From: Candidatus Latescibacterota bacterium
GTDB lineage: Bacteria; Latescibacterota; UBA2968; UBA8231
DNA: 64,000 nt
Assembly (NCBI GenBank): GCA_965243025.1
Contig: CBDETY010000003.1
Coordinates: 6,304,001-6,368,000 of the forward strand
Reading direction: 5' to 3'
This document shows positions 48,592 to 58,976 of the stretch, piece by piece. The notes beneath the pieces are model-generated. The model did not search any database. It was not told the DNA's origin and saw only the letters and a program-made list of their open reading frames with translations. Each line of letters starts with the position of its first letter. The stretch's first letter is position 1. The position numbers were made by a program, and so were the translations under genes.

Positions 48592-49392
48592 ATGGGTGTC
48601 AAAACTGAAAAAGAGCACCGGGGATTAACCGAAGCCGAAGCCCTGAAACCCATCCCGGACAGGGTGGTTGTCCTCACCTTCGATGACGGCAACAGGTCGG
48701 ATTTTTCTTATGTGGGACCGCTGCTGAAGTCCTGTGGTTTCGGAGCGACGTTTTTTATCACCGAAGGCCTGGGTTTCCTCGACAACAAGGCGCACTACCT
48801 CACGTGGGAAGAGATCCGGTCCCTGCACGAGGACGGTTTCGAGATCGGCAACCACACCCGTCATCACAAGGACGTCAACACCCAGTCCCAGGAAGAGCTG
48901 CTCGCAGACCTGGTTCACATCGACGAGCGGTGCAGGGAGCACGGTATCCCCGTGCCCGAGACGTTCTGCTACCCCGGGTATCACCACGGGCCGGACTCGG
49001 TGGAAGTGCTGATGGAAAGGGGATTCCGTTTCGCGCGGCGAGGGGTCGGGCCGGAATTCGCGTACAACCTGGTAGGAGGGCGCGGCCCGGCTTACGATCC
49101 GGACATCCACCACCCGTTGCTCATCCCGTCGACAGGGGTAGCAGGTCCGAACTGGGGGTTCGAGGATCTGGTCTGGGCGGTTGAGCAGGCGAAGGACGGG
49201 AGGATCGCCATCCTGACGTTTCACGGGGTGCCCGCCCTTGAACATCCATGGGTCGACACCTCACCCGGGCTGTTCGGGAACTGCATGAACTACCTTCGTG
49301 ACCGCAGCTGTACGGTTATTGCGTTGCGTGATCTGGCTGGATACGTCGGAACACCGGATACAACCGGGAAAGAGATTTCCTGTATTCCGTAG
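48592..49392 (+). CDS. Polysaccharide deacetylase family protein
   Basis: VVLTFDDG, ATFFI, FEIGNHT..H, FCYPG, TFHGVP; start uncertain. Confidence 0.85.
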   Translation: MGVKTEKEHRGLTEAEALKPIPDRVVVLTFDDGNRSDFSYVGPLLKSCGFGATFFITEGLGFLDNKAHYLTWEEIRSLHEDGFEIGNHTRHHKDVNTQSQEELLADLVHIDERCREHGIPVPETFCYPGYHHGPDSVEVLMERGFRFARRGVGPEFAYNLVGGRGPAYDPDIHHPLLIPSTGVAGPNWGFEDLVWAVEQAKDGRIAILTFHGVPALEHPWVDTSPGLFGNCMNYLRDRSCTVIALRDLAGYVGTPDTTGKEISCIP

Positions 49393-49444
49393 AAGCTCGG
49401 TGCCGGGAGGGGAAGGTACCCTTCCAAATTCGGGACCTTCCCAT

Positions 49445-50389
49445 TCATCGCGCCACCCGTTCGAAGAGCACCGGTGTCTGGCGCATGTGTTCGATTACTG
49501 CCTTTGCCTGCGCTTCGGTCGCTGCGGCGATCGGGGGGCGCATGACACAGGTCTCGGCAAATCCCATCCCGAAGAACACCACCTGGTTGCGCGCCATCCA
49601 GTGGAGGTCGGGCAGCGCCAGTCCGCTTCGGGCCTCCTCCTCCAGCATCCCGATCACCTCGAGGTAGTTGTTCCCGTCGAGCAGCTCGAACATGCGCTGG
49701 CCGCGTTTGGGATTGAAAATCCCGGCGAACTCACCCTGGCCGGGATGGTGGTGGAAGAAGATGTAATGGGTGAACTTGCCGCCCCCGGTGATGCCCATGC
49801 GTCCTGAAAACCTGCGGACAATCTCCATGCGGTTTTCCAGGATGTAGATATCGTCCTTGATGCCGATGAATTGCTCCTCTTCGCAAAGTTCTTCGAAACG
49901 CTGAACCGGCAGCATCGTCTCGGAGGGGGCGCTCCAGGGCACAGGCAGGGCCACCGCGAGGAGAGGGATTTCGGTTTCCCTCGCCACGCCGCGGATGTAC
50001 TCCACGTAGAGCTCGCCGCAGTGGGAGGGGTTCTGCAAACAGTGCTCCGGCAGATGGACGAACGCGGCGTGCGCCCCGGCTTTCTCGAATGCCTGCACCG
50101 ACCTGACCGCTTCCCGCAGGGGACCGCCGCCCGTACAGGAGATGAACACGGCGTCGTCCCGCACCACCTCCATCACCGTGCGCGTCACCTCCACGATCTC
50201 GTCGGCGGTAACGAAATCGAGCTGGCTGTAGGTGAAGGTCAGACAAAAGTTTCGGGTATCGTTTTCGAGGTGCCAGGCTGCATACTTCGCCAGCCCTGCA
50301 TGATCGATCGAAAAATCGTTGCGGTAGAGGATCGGCAAGGGGACCATCTGGCGGTGAATCCGGTTGCGTATGTCGTCATAGTGACTCAT
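49445..50389 (-). CDS. Divergent dihydrodipicolinate synthase (DapA-like) aldolase family protein
   Basis: P..Y..DFSID..GL..Y..W, IGIKDD Schiff-base Lys, MRPP. Confidence 0.7.
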   Translation of the reverse strand: MSHYDDIRNRIHRQMVPLPILYRNDFSIDHAGLAKYAAWHLENDTRNFCLTFTYSQLDFVTADEIVEVTRTVMEVVRDDAVFISCTGGGPLREAVRSVQAFEKAGAHAAFVHLPEHCLQNPSHCGELYVEYIRGVARETEIPLLAVALPVPWSAPSETMLPVQRFEELCEEEQFIGIKDDIYILENRMEIVRRFSGRMGITGGGKFTHYIFFHHHPGQGEFAGIFNPKRGQRMFELLDGNNYLEVIGMLEEEARSGLALPDLHWMARNQVVFFGMGFAETCVMRPPIAAATEAQAKAVIEHMRQTPVLFERVAR

Positions 50390-50748
50390 GGTTTTCTCCT
50401 TTTCAGATGGGGTGGGCCCGCGGTGACGGCGAAACAGGCGAATTCCCCGGGGGGCTCAGCGGTTTCCGGTCTGTCCGCCCGGGGACAGCCCGCCCTCGTG
50501 GATCGTCAGGCCGGGGGAGGGTGAGCTCGGCCCGGCCGCATGGTCGCCGCCGGGGACAGCCTGCCCTTGGGTAATCCTGCCTGGGGAGGTTGCGGCGGTT
50601 CGTTCGCGGCCTCTATTTTCCCGCTCGACTCCGAACCCCCCGGAGCTGACATAGCCGCTGCCACAAGAGGCTCCGGGAAGCCCAGTCACAGCGGGGTCGC
50701 AGGAAGCGTCCAGGACTCCATTCTCCCAGGAAACAGGACAAGAAACAG

Positions 50749-51537
50749 ATGTTGAGTGCAGACCAGAAACGCGAGTTCGTGGAAGAGGGGTACCTCCAGA
50801 TTCCCGCCCTGGTGCCCGAATCCATGATGAAGCCCGCCTTGCGGGCGATCAACCACTCCATCGGGGAAGTGGGAGCAACGGGTGATGACCCGAAAAATTT
50901 CCGGGTTGCCGGCTTCTGCGCCGAACTGGTTACCTCCCCGATACTGACCGACATCATCAACCGCACCCCCGTCCTGAAAATTGCCGAAGAATTGCTAGGG
51001 AAGGGGAACGTATCCCCTGTGCCGTATGTCCAGATAGCGCCGCGGTTTCCCATGGCGGTCGGAAAGGAGCCCGAACCGGATTCCGGCCACCTGGACGGGA
51101 TTGGTTCAGGCAGCAACGGCACGCCCAAGGGGGAGTATATACGCAATTTCACGTTGTTCGTGGTTGTATATCTTGTGGACGTACTTGAACCTGAAAGCGG
51201 CAATTTCACCGTCTGGCCCCACTCCCATATCGAGTACGAGGAATGGTTCCGCGAGGTCGGCCACGAGGTCTTGAAAAAAGGAGTGCCCGAGCTTCCCCTG
51301 TCCCGGGAAAGAGTGATGATAACAGGAAAGGCGGGGGATGTGATTCTGGCCCACCACCAGGTACAGCACACGGCAGGACCCAATACTTCCCCTCATGTAA
51401 GGCATGCCGTCATCAGCCGCATCCCGCACAAGGATTGCGAGGAAATAAACAAGGATGCGTTCACCGATATCTGGCGGGAGTGGGAAGGTATCGCCGAGCT
51501 GACGGCGCGCTACAGGGAAACTTCCAGCAGCAACTGA
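50749..51537 (+). CDS. PhyH family dioxygenase
   Basis: FVEEGYL, GHLDG, GNFTVWP.SH, AGDVILAHH..QH...N..R. Confidence 0.87.
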   Translation: MLSADQKREFVEEGYLQIPALVPESMMKPALRAINHSIGEVGATGDDPKNFRVAGFCAELVTSPILTDIINRTPVLKIAEELLGKGNVSPVPYVQIAPRFPMAVGKEPEPDSGHLDGIGSGSNGTPKGEYIRNFTLFVVVYLVDVLEPESGNFTVWPHSHIEYEEWFREVGHEVLKKGVPELPLSRERVMITGKAGDVILAHHQVQHTAGPNTSPHVRHAVISRIPHKDCEEINKDAFTDIWREWEGIAELTARYRETSSSN

Positions 51538-51603
51538 CAGAGTGCACGCCTTGGAGCAAGGTCTTGAGCTGCGGGGCTGCGCCGGGGCGGGCGCAGGGCT
51601 GAT

Positions 51604-52506
51604 TCAGCTCTCGACCTTATCCAGGATGGACCAGTCGAACTCCACCATCTTCAGGTCCAGGTCCCGCCAGTAGTACTTGAACTCGTCCGAGTCCCACCCT
51701 TCATAAGCTTCTTCCCAGGTCATCAGGTCGATGTGGGGCCTGAGCGACATCTCCTCCACCGGCAGGGACAGCGGCTGGTAGCGATAGTCGCACGACAGCC
51801 GGACCCGGTCCCCGGTCAGGTTGGGCAGCGACCGGTGCACGGTATGGCTGTGGAAGAGGATGGCGTCGCCAACCTCCAGATCCCCTTCGACCCAGTCGTT
51901 GTCCAACTCGTCGAGGACCACGGTGCGGCCGCCGGCTCCTTCAGCGCCGCGTACCGGCAGGATGTCCAGCTTGTGGGTGCCGCGCATCAGGCTCAGGCCA
52001 CCCAGCTCCCTGGGACAGTCCCCCAGGGGGATCCAGCAGGTGTAGGTTGCTCGCGTCCCCTGGACGTAGATGAAGTCCTGGTGTGGCGGGGTGGGTGCGG
52101 TCTCCCGGTGCGGCGCCATCAGCCGGGCGATGTTGCGCGGATGGACGAACACCGGCTCGCCGAAGATTTCCTCGCAGAGGCCGACGATGGCGGGGTGGTG
52201 CGCCAGCTGGTGGAACTGCTTCATCCGGTAGACGTCCTGGTAGGCGCGTTGGTCGGCGCCGTTGGAGGCGTAGCTCTCGACCTCGTTGATCGACGGGTCG
52301 ACGATCCCCTCCTCGGGATCGGTTCCCGGCAGCAGCCATCCCCTGGCCTGGTACATGCGCAGGATGAGACGGCGCAGCTCGAGCACCTCCTCCTTGGGGA
52401 TGAGGCCGCGAAAAAGGCCGAATCCGTCTTCGTCAATTTTCCGCCGCAGGGCATCCTTGTCCCCGGCCAACCGGCTTAAATCCTGGAATGGTGAAATCTT
52501 TGCCAA
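51604..52506 (-). CDS. PhyH family dioxygenase
   Basis: EDGFGLFRG, TPPHQD, TCWIPLGD, GTH, GDAILFHS.TVH, RLSCDYR. Confidence 0.88.
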   Translation of the reverse strand: MAKISPFQDLSRLAGDKDALRRKIDEDGFGLFRGLIPKEEVLELRRLILRMYQARGWLLPGTDPEEGIVDPSINEVESYASNGADQRAYQDVYRMKQFHQLAHHPAIVGLCEEIFGEPVFVHPRNIARLMAPHRETAPTPPHQDFIYVQGTRATYTCWIPLGDCPRELGGLSLMRGTHKLDILPVRGAEGAGGRTVVLDELDNDWVEGDLEVGDAILFHSHTVHRSLPNLTGDRVRLSCDYRYQPLSLPVEEMSLRPHIDLMTWEEAYEGWDSDEFKYYWRDLDLKMVEFDWSILDKVES

Positions 52507-52660
52507 TGCCAGTCTCCTTTAATTTATCCGAAGCGGAATTCCGGCTCAATCATCTGTCAGGGCAAGCCCCCCGCCCGGGCGCGGAGCCGGTCGCATCCCG
52601 GGCGAGGGAAGGGAATTTGCTGGCGTTCGCGACTGCCACGGCAAAGAGGCTGCGACAGGA

Positions 52661-53611
52661 TCATCTCAATCCGTCGATATCGAACCTCGACACGAAATCC
52701 CAGATCAGACGACTGGTGTCGGAGCCGTCGTACCTGATATCGAACCAGACATGCCCGCCGTCGACAACCTTGTAATGGTCTACTGAAGTATCGTTGTCTC
52801 CACCTGGATAGGAGTAATGCTCTATGGTTACCCCACTCTCATTCCGGCTGGTTTCCATCGGATCTGCGCTGGTATTGTTGAAACCGGTCCAGTAAGCCAT
52901 CACCCCGTCGATCGACACCAACCCCTCGCCGCCCCCGTCATAGGGGACGACGAAATCCGAGGTGCCGTGAATGTTGATCATGGCCGTAGGGTGGGACGGG
53001 CGGCAGTTGTCGTAGGTTTCCTCCATCATCGTTCCGGCCACGGAGCCTATGGCCGCTATTCTGTCGCTGTGATAGCAGGCGAGCGCATAGGAAAAGAAGG
53101 CGCCGTTGGAGTAGCCGCAGGCATACACTCTTGCCGGATCGATGCTGTAGTTGGAAGAGATCCCGTCAATCAACGCTTCGACAAATCCGAAGTCGTCCAC
53201 GCCGCTTTTGTTTTCATCCGATTCCAGGCCGGAGTTCCAGTGCGGATCTCCATCCAGCAGGGCCCCCTGAGGGTAAACCAGGATAAAGACTTCCGTATCT
53301 GCGAGGGACCGCATGTCTGCGTATTCCAGGTACTGGCTGGCAACCCCGCCGTATCCGTGAAAGTTGAGCATCAGCGGAACTTCTGAAGTCCCATCGTAAG
53401 AGTCGGGCACGTACAGGATATACTCCCTCGTCATGCCATCGTGGACCAGCGTTCGCGCAAGCGAGTCTGTGGCGCCGGCATCGGGTGTATCCAGCTGCTT
53501 GTCATCCTTTTCCGGATCGGCATCGGGTGTGTTCAGTTGCTTGTCGCCGTTTTCCGAACAGGAGAACAGGCTTGACAACGCTATGATGGGGACGATGAGA
53601 AGGTATTTCAT
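52661..53611 (-). CDS. PHB-depolymerase/LpqP-family esterase, probable lipoprotein
   Basis: Lipobox LFSC, LNFHGYGG, VYPQG, DDFGF, GYSNGA, IHGTSD, GGHVW; 42-bp duplication (DKQLxTPDA twice) near the N-terminus. Confidence 0.85.
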   Translation of the reverse strand: MKYLLIVPIIALSSLFSCSENGDKQLNTPDADPEKDDKQLDTPDAGATDSLARTLVHDGMTREYILYVPDSYDGTSEVPLMLNFHGYGGVASQYLEYADMRSLADTEVFILVYPQGALLDGDPHWNSGLESDENKSGVDDFGFVEALIDGISSNYSIDPARVYACGYSNGAFFSYALACYHSDRIAAIGSVAGTMMEETYDNCRPSHPTAMINIHGTSDFVVPYDGGGEGLVSIDGVMAYWTGFNNTSADPMETSRNESGVTIEHYSYPGGDNDTSVDHYKVVDGGHVWFDIRYDGSDTSRLIWDFVSRFDIDGLR

Positions 53612-53635
53612 TGCTGGGTCCGTCCAGATCTACGT

Positions 53636-55783
53636 TTACTCGATTTTACCGATATCGAAGTTGAGACAGAAGCGGGCGTGTCGTCCTGCGGCCGGGTACA
53701 GGTAGGTAAGCCCACTTCCCGATGCGTCGGGATAACCCGTTGTGCTGTAGGAGCGATCGAAAACGTTGAATACGTCGAGCGTTGCCGCAACCGGGCCCAC
53801 TCGATATTTGAGCCGGCAGTCCACAGTGCTGTAGCCGGGCAGCGGAATCGCATTGGCGTCATCGAGAAAAATGCGGTTCGCAGATTTGAGGACGAGGCTC
53901 CCACCCAGGCCGGACTTATGTGCCGCGTTGAAGCCGCCGTAGATCGCATCGCGTGGAATTGCCTTGAGGAATCTGCCCGCATTCTCGCCGATTCGGGACC
54001 TGGCGGATTGGTGGGTGTAGTTGAGAAACAGATTCAGGTTGGACTTCACCGTAACCCTGAGACCCGTTTCAATTCCCCGATGCCGGCTTTTACCGATGTT
54101 CACGTACTTGAGCTGCTGAAGGTCGAAATCCAGCTCGTTCTTCATGTCCATGGTATACGCCGCGAGTGAAACTTCGCCGTACAGGAGATTCGGAGACAGT
54201 ACCGCGCGATGATAACCTCCCGCCTCGACAGATGTCCCGAACTGGGGATTCAGATCCCCGCTGGACAGGGCGATTTTGAACGGGGGATCCGGGGGGAACT
54301 GCAGGATGATCGAACGCTGGTCGTACAGCTGGTCCAGTGTCGGGGTTTTGAACGATCGCGAAACGTTGGCGTACAGATTGCCGACATGCCGGTCTGTCTT
54401 TACATAACTGAAATTCGCTCCGGCTTTCGGACTCAACTCCGAGTGAGTTGTCGATTGCTCATCACCTTCACTTGGCGATTCAGGGGCAAACCGATCCCGA
54501 ATCAGATCGGCCCGTAATCCCAGGACGAGGCGCAGGGCTTGAACCGGCGCAACTTCGTACTGCAGGAACCCGGCCGCCGAGCTCCGGGTGCCGGCGCCCT
54601 TTTCCTCCAACTCGCCGCGGGCAATGGAATCCGTCTCACTGTATTCAGGCGATCCACCGAGAAGGAACCGATAGTACTCGGACGAGAGCGAATGCACTCC
54701 CGCGTCGCCGCCAAGAACGAGGCGGTTTCTGCCGCGGGATCCCGGTTGGCCGAACGTCAGTTGCAGCGAGCTCGTGAGGCGCGAGGCTGTAAGCAGACGA
54801 TTCTTCGTGTCTGCAAACTCGGGGCTCAGTTGCAGTGTCCTGACAGCATCGGAATCGCGGTACTCCCCGGAAACCGTACCGGCGATTCTCGCCATGCCAT
54901 CGAGATTGTAATTGCCCGTTATCGCGGCCCGATGCGTTCGGTCGATGGTACGGTCGAACTTGTAGAACGGTGTGGACTGGGAGCGGTCCTCGTTCAACTC
55001 GGCGCCGGTCAACGGACCGGGTTCGTCAAATTGCTGAAAGTGATGAGTTGTCGAGAGGGAAAGTGAACCGTCGGGCTTTTGCAACAGGGCGAAGGAGCCC
55101 CCAAGGTTTCCCACCGTGCGGCCGCCATGATCCCGGAACCCGGCGTGCCGCTCTCCCGATCCGAATGCCGCATACTCGCGCCGGTTCCAGAGACCGCTCG
55201 TTCGCGCCTGTGCGCCAAGTGATCCAAAGTTTTCGCTGAATGCTGAAACCCGGGTCAGAGGTGCTTGCTCGCCGGAGGTGACCACGTTGACGACACCACC
55301 GATCGCAGCGTCGCCGTACAGGGAAGAAGCGCCCCCGCGCAGAAATTCAATCGAGCTGATACTTGCCAGCGGGATGGCATTCCAGTTCATCAGCCCTTTC
55401 TCGAGCTCGTTGACCGGCCTTCCATCGATCATGACCAGCAGGTATTCCGCTTCGCCGCCTCCATAAAAACCGCGCAGCGTTGCCAACGGATCGCGCTTCA
55501 GCCCATCGCGGTGGAGAAACGAAATTCCCGGAAGAGTCTCCAGGGCATCCGCGAGATTCTTCAGTGGCAGGAATTCCATCTCGGCGCGGGTACGCACCGA
55601 CACGGCAGCGGTAGATTCAAAAAGCGGGTTTTCCATCCGCTCCGCAGCGACAACGGTTTCTTCAACTTGATAAATCCTCTCAGAATCATCCTGGGCACCC
55701 GCCCGGTCCATGAAAACCGGTGATACCTGGTGCGCGATACAGAGGGGAATCAGGAGGTCTCTACCCAAGCGTGGACCAAACAT
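53636..55783 (-). CDS. TonB-dependent receptor
   Basis: ETVVAAER TonB box, LRGF..GG, IDG.P, IEFLRGGASSLYG..AIGGVVN, NVFD..Y; start uncertain (55783 or 55837). Confidence 0.88.
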   Translation of the reverse strand: MFGPRLGRDLLIPLCIAHQVSPVFMDRAGAQDDSERIYQVEETVVAAERMENPLFESTAAVSVRTRAEMEFLPLKNLADALETLPGISFLHRDGLKRDPLATLRGFYGGGEAEYLLVMIDGRPVNELEKGLMNWNAIPLASISSIEFLRGGASSLYGDAAIGGVVNVVTSGEQAPLTRVSAFSENFGSLGAQARTSGLWNRREYAAFGSGERHAGFRDHGGRTVGNLGGSFALLQKPDGSLSLSTTHHFQQFDEPGPLTGAELNEDRSQSTPFYKFDRTIDRTHRAAITGNYNLDGMARIAGTVSGEYRDSDAVRTLQLSPEFADTKNRLLTASRLTSSLQLTFGQPGSRGRNRLVLGGDAGVHSLSSEYYRFLLGGSPEYSETDSIARGELEEKGAGTRSSAAGFLQYEVAPVQALRLVLGLRADLIRDRFAPESPSEGDEQSTTHSELSPKAGANFSYVKTDRHVGNLYANVSRSFKTPTLDQLYDQRSIILQFPPDPPFKIALSSGDLNPQFGTSVEAGGYHRAVLSPNLLYGEVSLAAYTMDMKNELDFDLQQLKYVNIGKSRHRGIETGLRVTVKSNLNLFLNYTHQSARSRIGENAGRFLKAIPRDAIYGGFNAAHKSGLGGSLVLKSANRIFLDDANAIPLPGYSTVDCRLKYRVGPVAATLDVFNVFDRSYSTTGYPDASGSGLTYLYPAAGRHARFCLNFDIGKIE

Positions 55784-55829
55784 GAAGGCAGGTCTTCTGG
55801 CAGAGCGTTGCCTTCCCGCAGCGGTCCGA

Positions 55830-56720
55830 CTATACACAACCCGGGAACTCGCGCCCGCGGATCAGGGGCCAACCGTTGACAGGTTCCGGTCCGACAAGGC
55901 AACCGCGCTTTTTCAGTTGTTCGGTCTCTTCCGGTGTGCCGATGTACCGCGTGTCCGAGGAGACGTAGTGAATCGACCAGCCTCGCCGCCGGTTCGGCGT
56001 GGTATTCGGGCCGCTGCAATGAAGCGCCAGGCTGTGGTGAAAGGTCGCGTCACCGGCTTTCAGCGGAACTGCGACCTCTTGGGCGAGCACGTCCTCGGTC
56101 AGCATGTAGGGGAGGTGGTCCCAGTTGACCAGGCCGAAGTTGTGGCTTCCCGGGATGAATCGCACACAGCCGTTCTCGACAGTCGCATCGTCGAGCAGGA
56201 CCTGGCACGTGACCTGGAAGTTGCTGGCGAAGAAGGCCCAGAAAACCGAATCCTGGTGGTAGCGGTTCGCCTTGGCGTAGGGCGGCTTCGCAAAGACCTG
56301 GTCGTAGTAGAGCTTGATGTCCGGCCCCATCAGGGACTCGATGACGTCGACGATTTTCGGGCTCCGGACCACCGCCTTGAAAACCGGATCGTGGTACGAA
56401 GGCAGGATGAGATGGCGTATCGTATCCAGCGGGTCCTCGGCCGGGGTGCCGCCTTCGGGCGCGGTTGCTTCCCCTTTCGGGTAGACCTGGGTGCCGAGTC
56501 GGTCATGGCGGCTTCCGTGAGGTGTGGACGGGTCGTCGGCTTGAGCCGTTTCCGGAGTGTGGAGAGAGATGTTGCCCTCCGGGTAGTCGGGAACGCGGCC
56601 GAGCGCGAGGTCGGCGTAGTGGTTGCGCAGGGTGTCGAGCTCGTCCGCGGTGAGCAGCTCTCTGACGACGATATAGCCGTCTTCGAAAAACCGGGATTTC
56701 TGTTCCTGTGTCAGGGCCAT
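55830..56720 (-). CDS. PhyH family dioxygenase
   Basis: FFEDGY, AKPP, YHQD, ENGC..FIPGSH, GDATFHH..LH.S.PN...RR. Confidence 0.9.
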   Translation of the reverse strand: MALTQEQKSRFFEDGYIVVRELLTADELDTLRNHYADLALGRVPDYPEGNISLHTPETAQADDPSTPHGSRHDRLGTQVYPKGEATAPEGGTPAEDPLDTIRHLILPSYHDPVFKAVVRSPKIVDVIESLMGPDIKLYYDQVFAKPPYAKANRYHQDSVFWAFFASNFQVTCQVLLDDATVENGCVRFIPGSHNFGLVNWDHLPYMLTEDVLAQEVAVPLKAGDATFHHSLALHCSGPNTTPNRRRGWSIHYVSSDTRYIGTPEETEQLKKRGCLVGPEPVNGWPLIRGREFPGCV

Positions 56721-56874
56721 GGGAATCTCCGAATGTCAAGCGGCCTGGCGGGTGCGGGGACGATCTTCACCTGCCCCGCAGACCGGGTATTGGTTCACAT
56801 ATACGCAAAAGATCGGAAAGATCCTGAGCTTGCCTGCGTTCCGCGGCGGCCCTGCAACAGCTGGCCAACCCCGG

Positions 56875-57696
56875 TCAGACCGCCACGTTGTCCGGGCCGT
56901 AGTAGTCGTTGATGGTTGGCGCAAAGCGCCGCGTTCCCCACACCCCACGGAAGAGCGTCCGGCGCTTGGGGGGCAGCTTCTCGATCAGCTCGTGAGGAAT
57001 GTCGAAACGGTGAAACTGCGCCGTGATCGGGCAGTAGGAGTTCAGGACCGCCATTCTCGGCGTGTCGGGGTTGTGCCACAGGCCCCCGGCGTGGGTGATG
57101 GCTTCGGTGAAGATAACCAGCGATCCCTCGGGGCACTCGTAGGACTTCATGATCGGCGACCCGTGCTCGAGCAGGTGATCGGGAGTGGGGAAGTTCCCCT
57201 TGTGCGAACCGGGCGCGAAGGTCGTCCCCTCATCCTCCGGCCCGACCGGGTTGAGCTCCCACCCGACGCGCACCATGCCGCTGTAGATGCGCTGATTCTG
57301 GCAGAGGTAGGCGAACAGCGGCCCGACGCGCGGGGCCCCGTGCGGGGGCACGCCGCGCTCCCCGGCCGGCTTGATGTTGTACCACGTGCTCTCGAAACGG
57401 AAGGTGTAGGCGTCGGCCTTGTAGACCCGTTCCGCCTCGTCCCCGGCGAGGACTTCGGAGAGGATGTCGACGAGGACGGGGTGGTCGAGGAGCTCCGAGG
57501 TGGGACCGGTCACCAGGTGGAGGGTTGTCGGATCGGGATCGATTGAAGCGAAATGCTCGTGGTCGGGCAGCGATTCCGGATCGTTCTTCAGCGTCAGGAT
57601 GAACTCGCGCATCCTGCGGCACTCCTCCGCGGTCAGGACTCCCGGGACTACCAGGAAGCCGTTCAGATCGAATAGATACTTCTGCTCGTTCGTCAT
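56875..57696 (-). CDS. PhyH-like Fe(II)/2OG oxygenase with HxA instead of HxD
   Basis: MTNEQKYLFDLNGF, PPHGA, PGSHK.NF, G..VIFTEAITH. Confidence 0.8.
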   Translation of the reverse strand: MTNEQKYLFDLNGFLVVPGVLTAEECRRMREFILTLKNDPESLPDHEHFASIDPDPTTLHLVTGPTSELLDHPVLVDILSEVLAGDEAERVYKADAYTFRFESTWYNIKPAGERGVPPHGAPRVGPLFAYLCQNQRIYSGMVRVGWELNPVGPEDEGTTFAPGSHKGNFPTPDHLLEHGSPIMKSYECPEGSLVIFTEAITHAGGLWHNPDTPRMAVLNSYCPITAQFHRFDIPHELIEKLPPKRRTLFRGVWGTRRFAPTINDYYGPDNVAV

Positions 57697-57919
57697 CGGT
57701 GTTCTCCCTTGGTTCTTCTGCGGAGGGAAGAATGAAGGGAGGTTTCTCCTTCCCGGACAAGGGAACCCCGCTCCGGGAACGGTCCAGGTCCGGGCGGCCG
57801 CCCTCAGAAAGTGGTATCTCCCGCGAGAGCCCGAATGCCGTGGATGGCTTGCCGATCGGGGCGGGGCTGTGTTCCCAGGGGTGTTCTGAACCCCTGGCCC
57901 CCCAACCTCTCTCGTCAGG

Positions 57920-58741
57920 TCAGGGATCGCAGGGACGGTACTCGTTCCGCGCGTTCCAGCCCGGGTAATGTTGTTCCAGCGCCGCGAGGGTCTGGGCGGT
58001 GTAGTACGGGTGACCCGCGGGAGGGAAGCGGAACAGCTCGCGGTCCCTTGCCCCGAGGCCGCCGATGAACTCCCGAAAGTCGCTGTTGTGACCGACGTCC
58101 GTGAAGTGCCGCACTCCCTCCCAGTAATGGTCGCCGTGCCCGAAAGCAAACCCCCAGGTGTAACGCTGGCCATCCTTCCGGGTATAGTCGCTGGCGGAGT
58201 GCCAGGTGTGGGTGTGAAAAACGCACAGGGTGCCGCCTTCGCATACCAGGTGCTCGGCCTTCTCCATATCGCCGGCGTGTTCGTGGGGGATCAGCCGCAG
58301 CGGCGCCTGGTCTTCGGCAACCGCTTCGGGATGAATCCAGAACCAGATCTGCTTGTGCGTTCTGTCATCCGTCGGCGGCAGGAGAGAGTTGTTCCCGTTG
58401 TCGAGGTGGGCCTGCAGCGAATTGCATTTGAAGCCGGGATACCTCACCAGGCAGCTCCGGGGCCGGAAATGGATGTGATCCGTGCGATACCATTGGCGGG
58501 CGAACTCGATGGCATTGCGATTCAACGCAGCCTCGTTGAGTATCGGTTCGGAAAACGGGAAGATGCGGTAGTCCCAACAGCCCTCGGGAGGAGCTTCCTC
58601 AATTTCGTCCCAGGGCTTCAGGATCCTCCGCACCGCGGCGGCAATCTCCTTTCGCTGCTCTTCGTCCAGGAAGCCGTGAACGATTGCGTAACCGCGTTCT
58701 TCCAGCTCATCGATGTGGCTGTCGGTCAATCGATTGGGCAT
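57920..58741 (-). CDS. PhyH family dioxygenase
   Basis: LEERGY.IV.GFL, AHLD..NN, G....FHT.TWH.A...R. Confidence 0.82.
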   Translation of the reverse strand: MPNRLTDSHIDELEERGYAIVHGFLDEEQRKEIAAAVRRILKPWDEIEEAPPEGCWDYRIFPFSEPILNEAALNRNAIEFARQWYRTDHIHFRPRSCLVRYPGFKCNSLQAHLDNGNNSLLPPTDDRTHKQIWFWIHPEAVAEDQAPLRLIPHEHAGDMEKAEHLVCEGGTLCVFHTHTWHSASDYTRKDGQRYTWGFAFGHGDHYWEGVRHFTDVGHNSDFREFIGGLGARDRELFRFPPAGHPYYTAQTLAALEQHYPGWNARNEYRPCDP

Positions 58742-58881
58742 CGGGTGCCTCCTGTTGTCGAGTGCCGCCCGGAGAGCAGAAGATCACCGCTCGATCTCCC
58801 GCCTTTGGTGCGGGGGCCTGCCGCATCCGCTTGCATCGAACCCCCCGGTTATCGCCGCTCCCCCGGCGCCTTGACAAAGCA

Positions 58882-58901
58882 TCGACAAGGGCCCTTATCG
58901 A
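58882..58901. promoter_or_regulatory. 20-bp near-perfect palindrome (putative operator) in the divergent PhyH/GH32 intergenic region
   Basis: TCGACAAGGG/CCCTTATCGA (1 mismatch), just downstream of TTGACA at 58871. Confidence 0.35.
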
Positions 58902-58976
58902 AGGGAGCCCCGCTTGCGGTAAGATGAACGGCGTGCGGGAAAATGTTACTGGCAAACTACAGAGAAGGAGGCGGTT

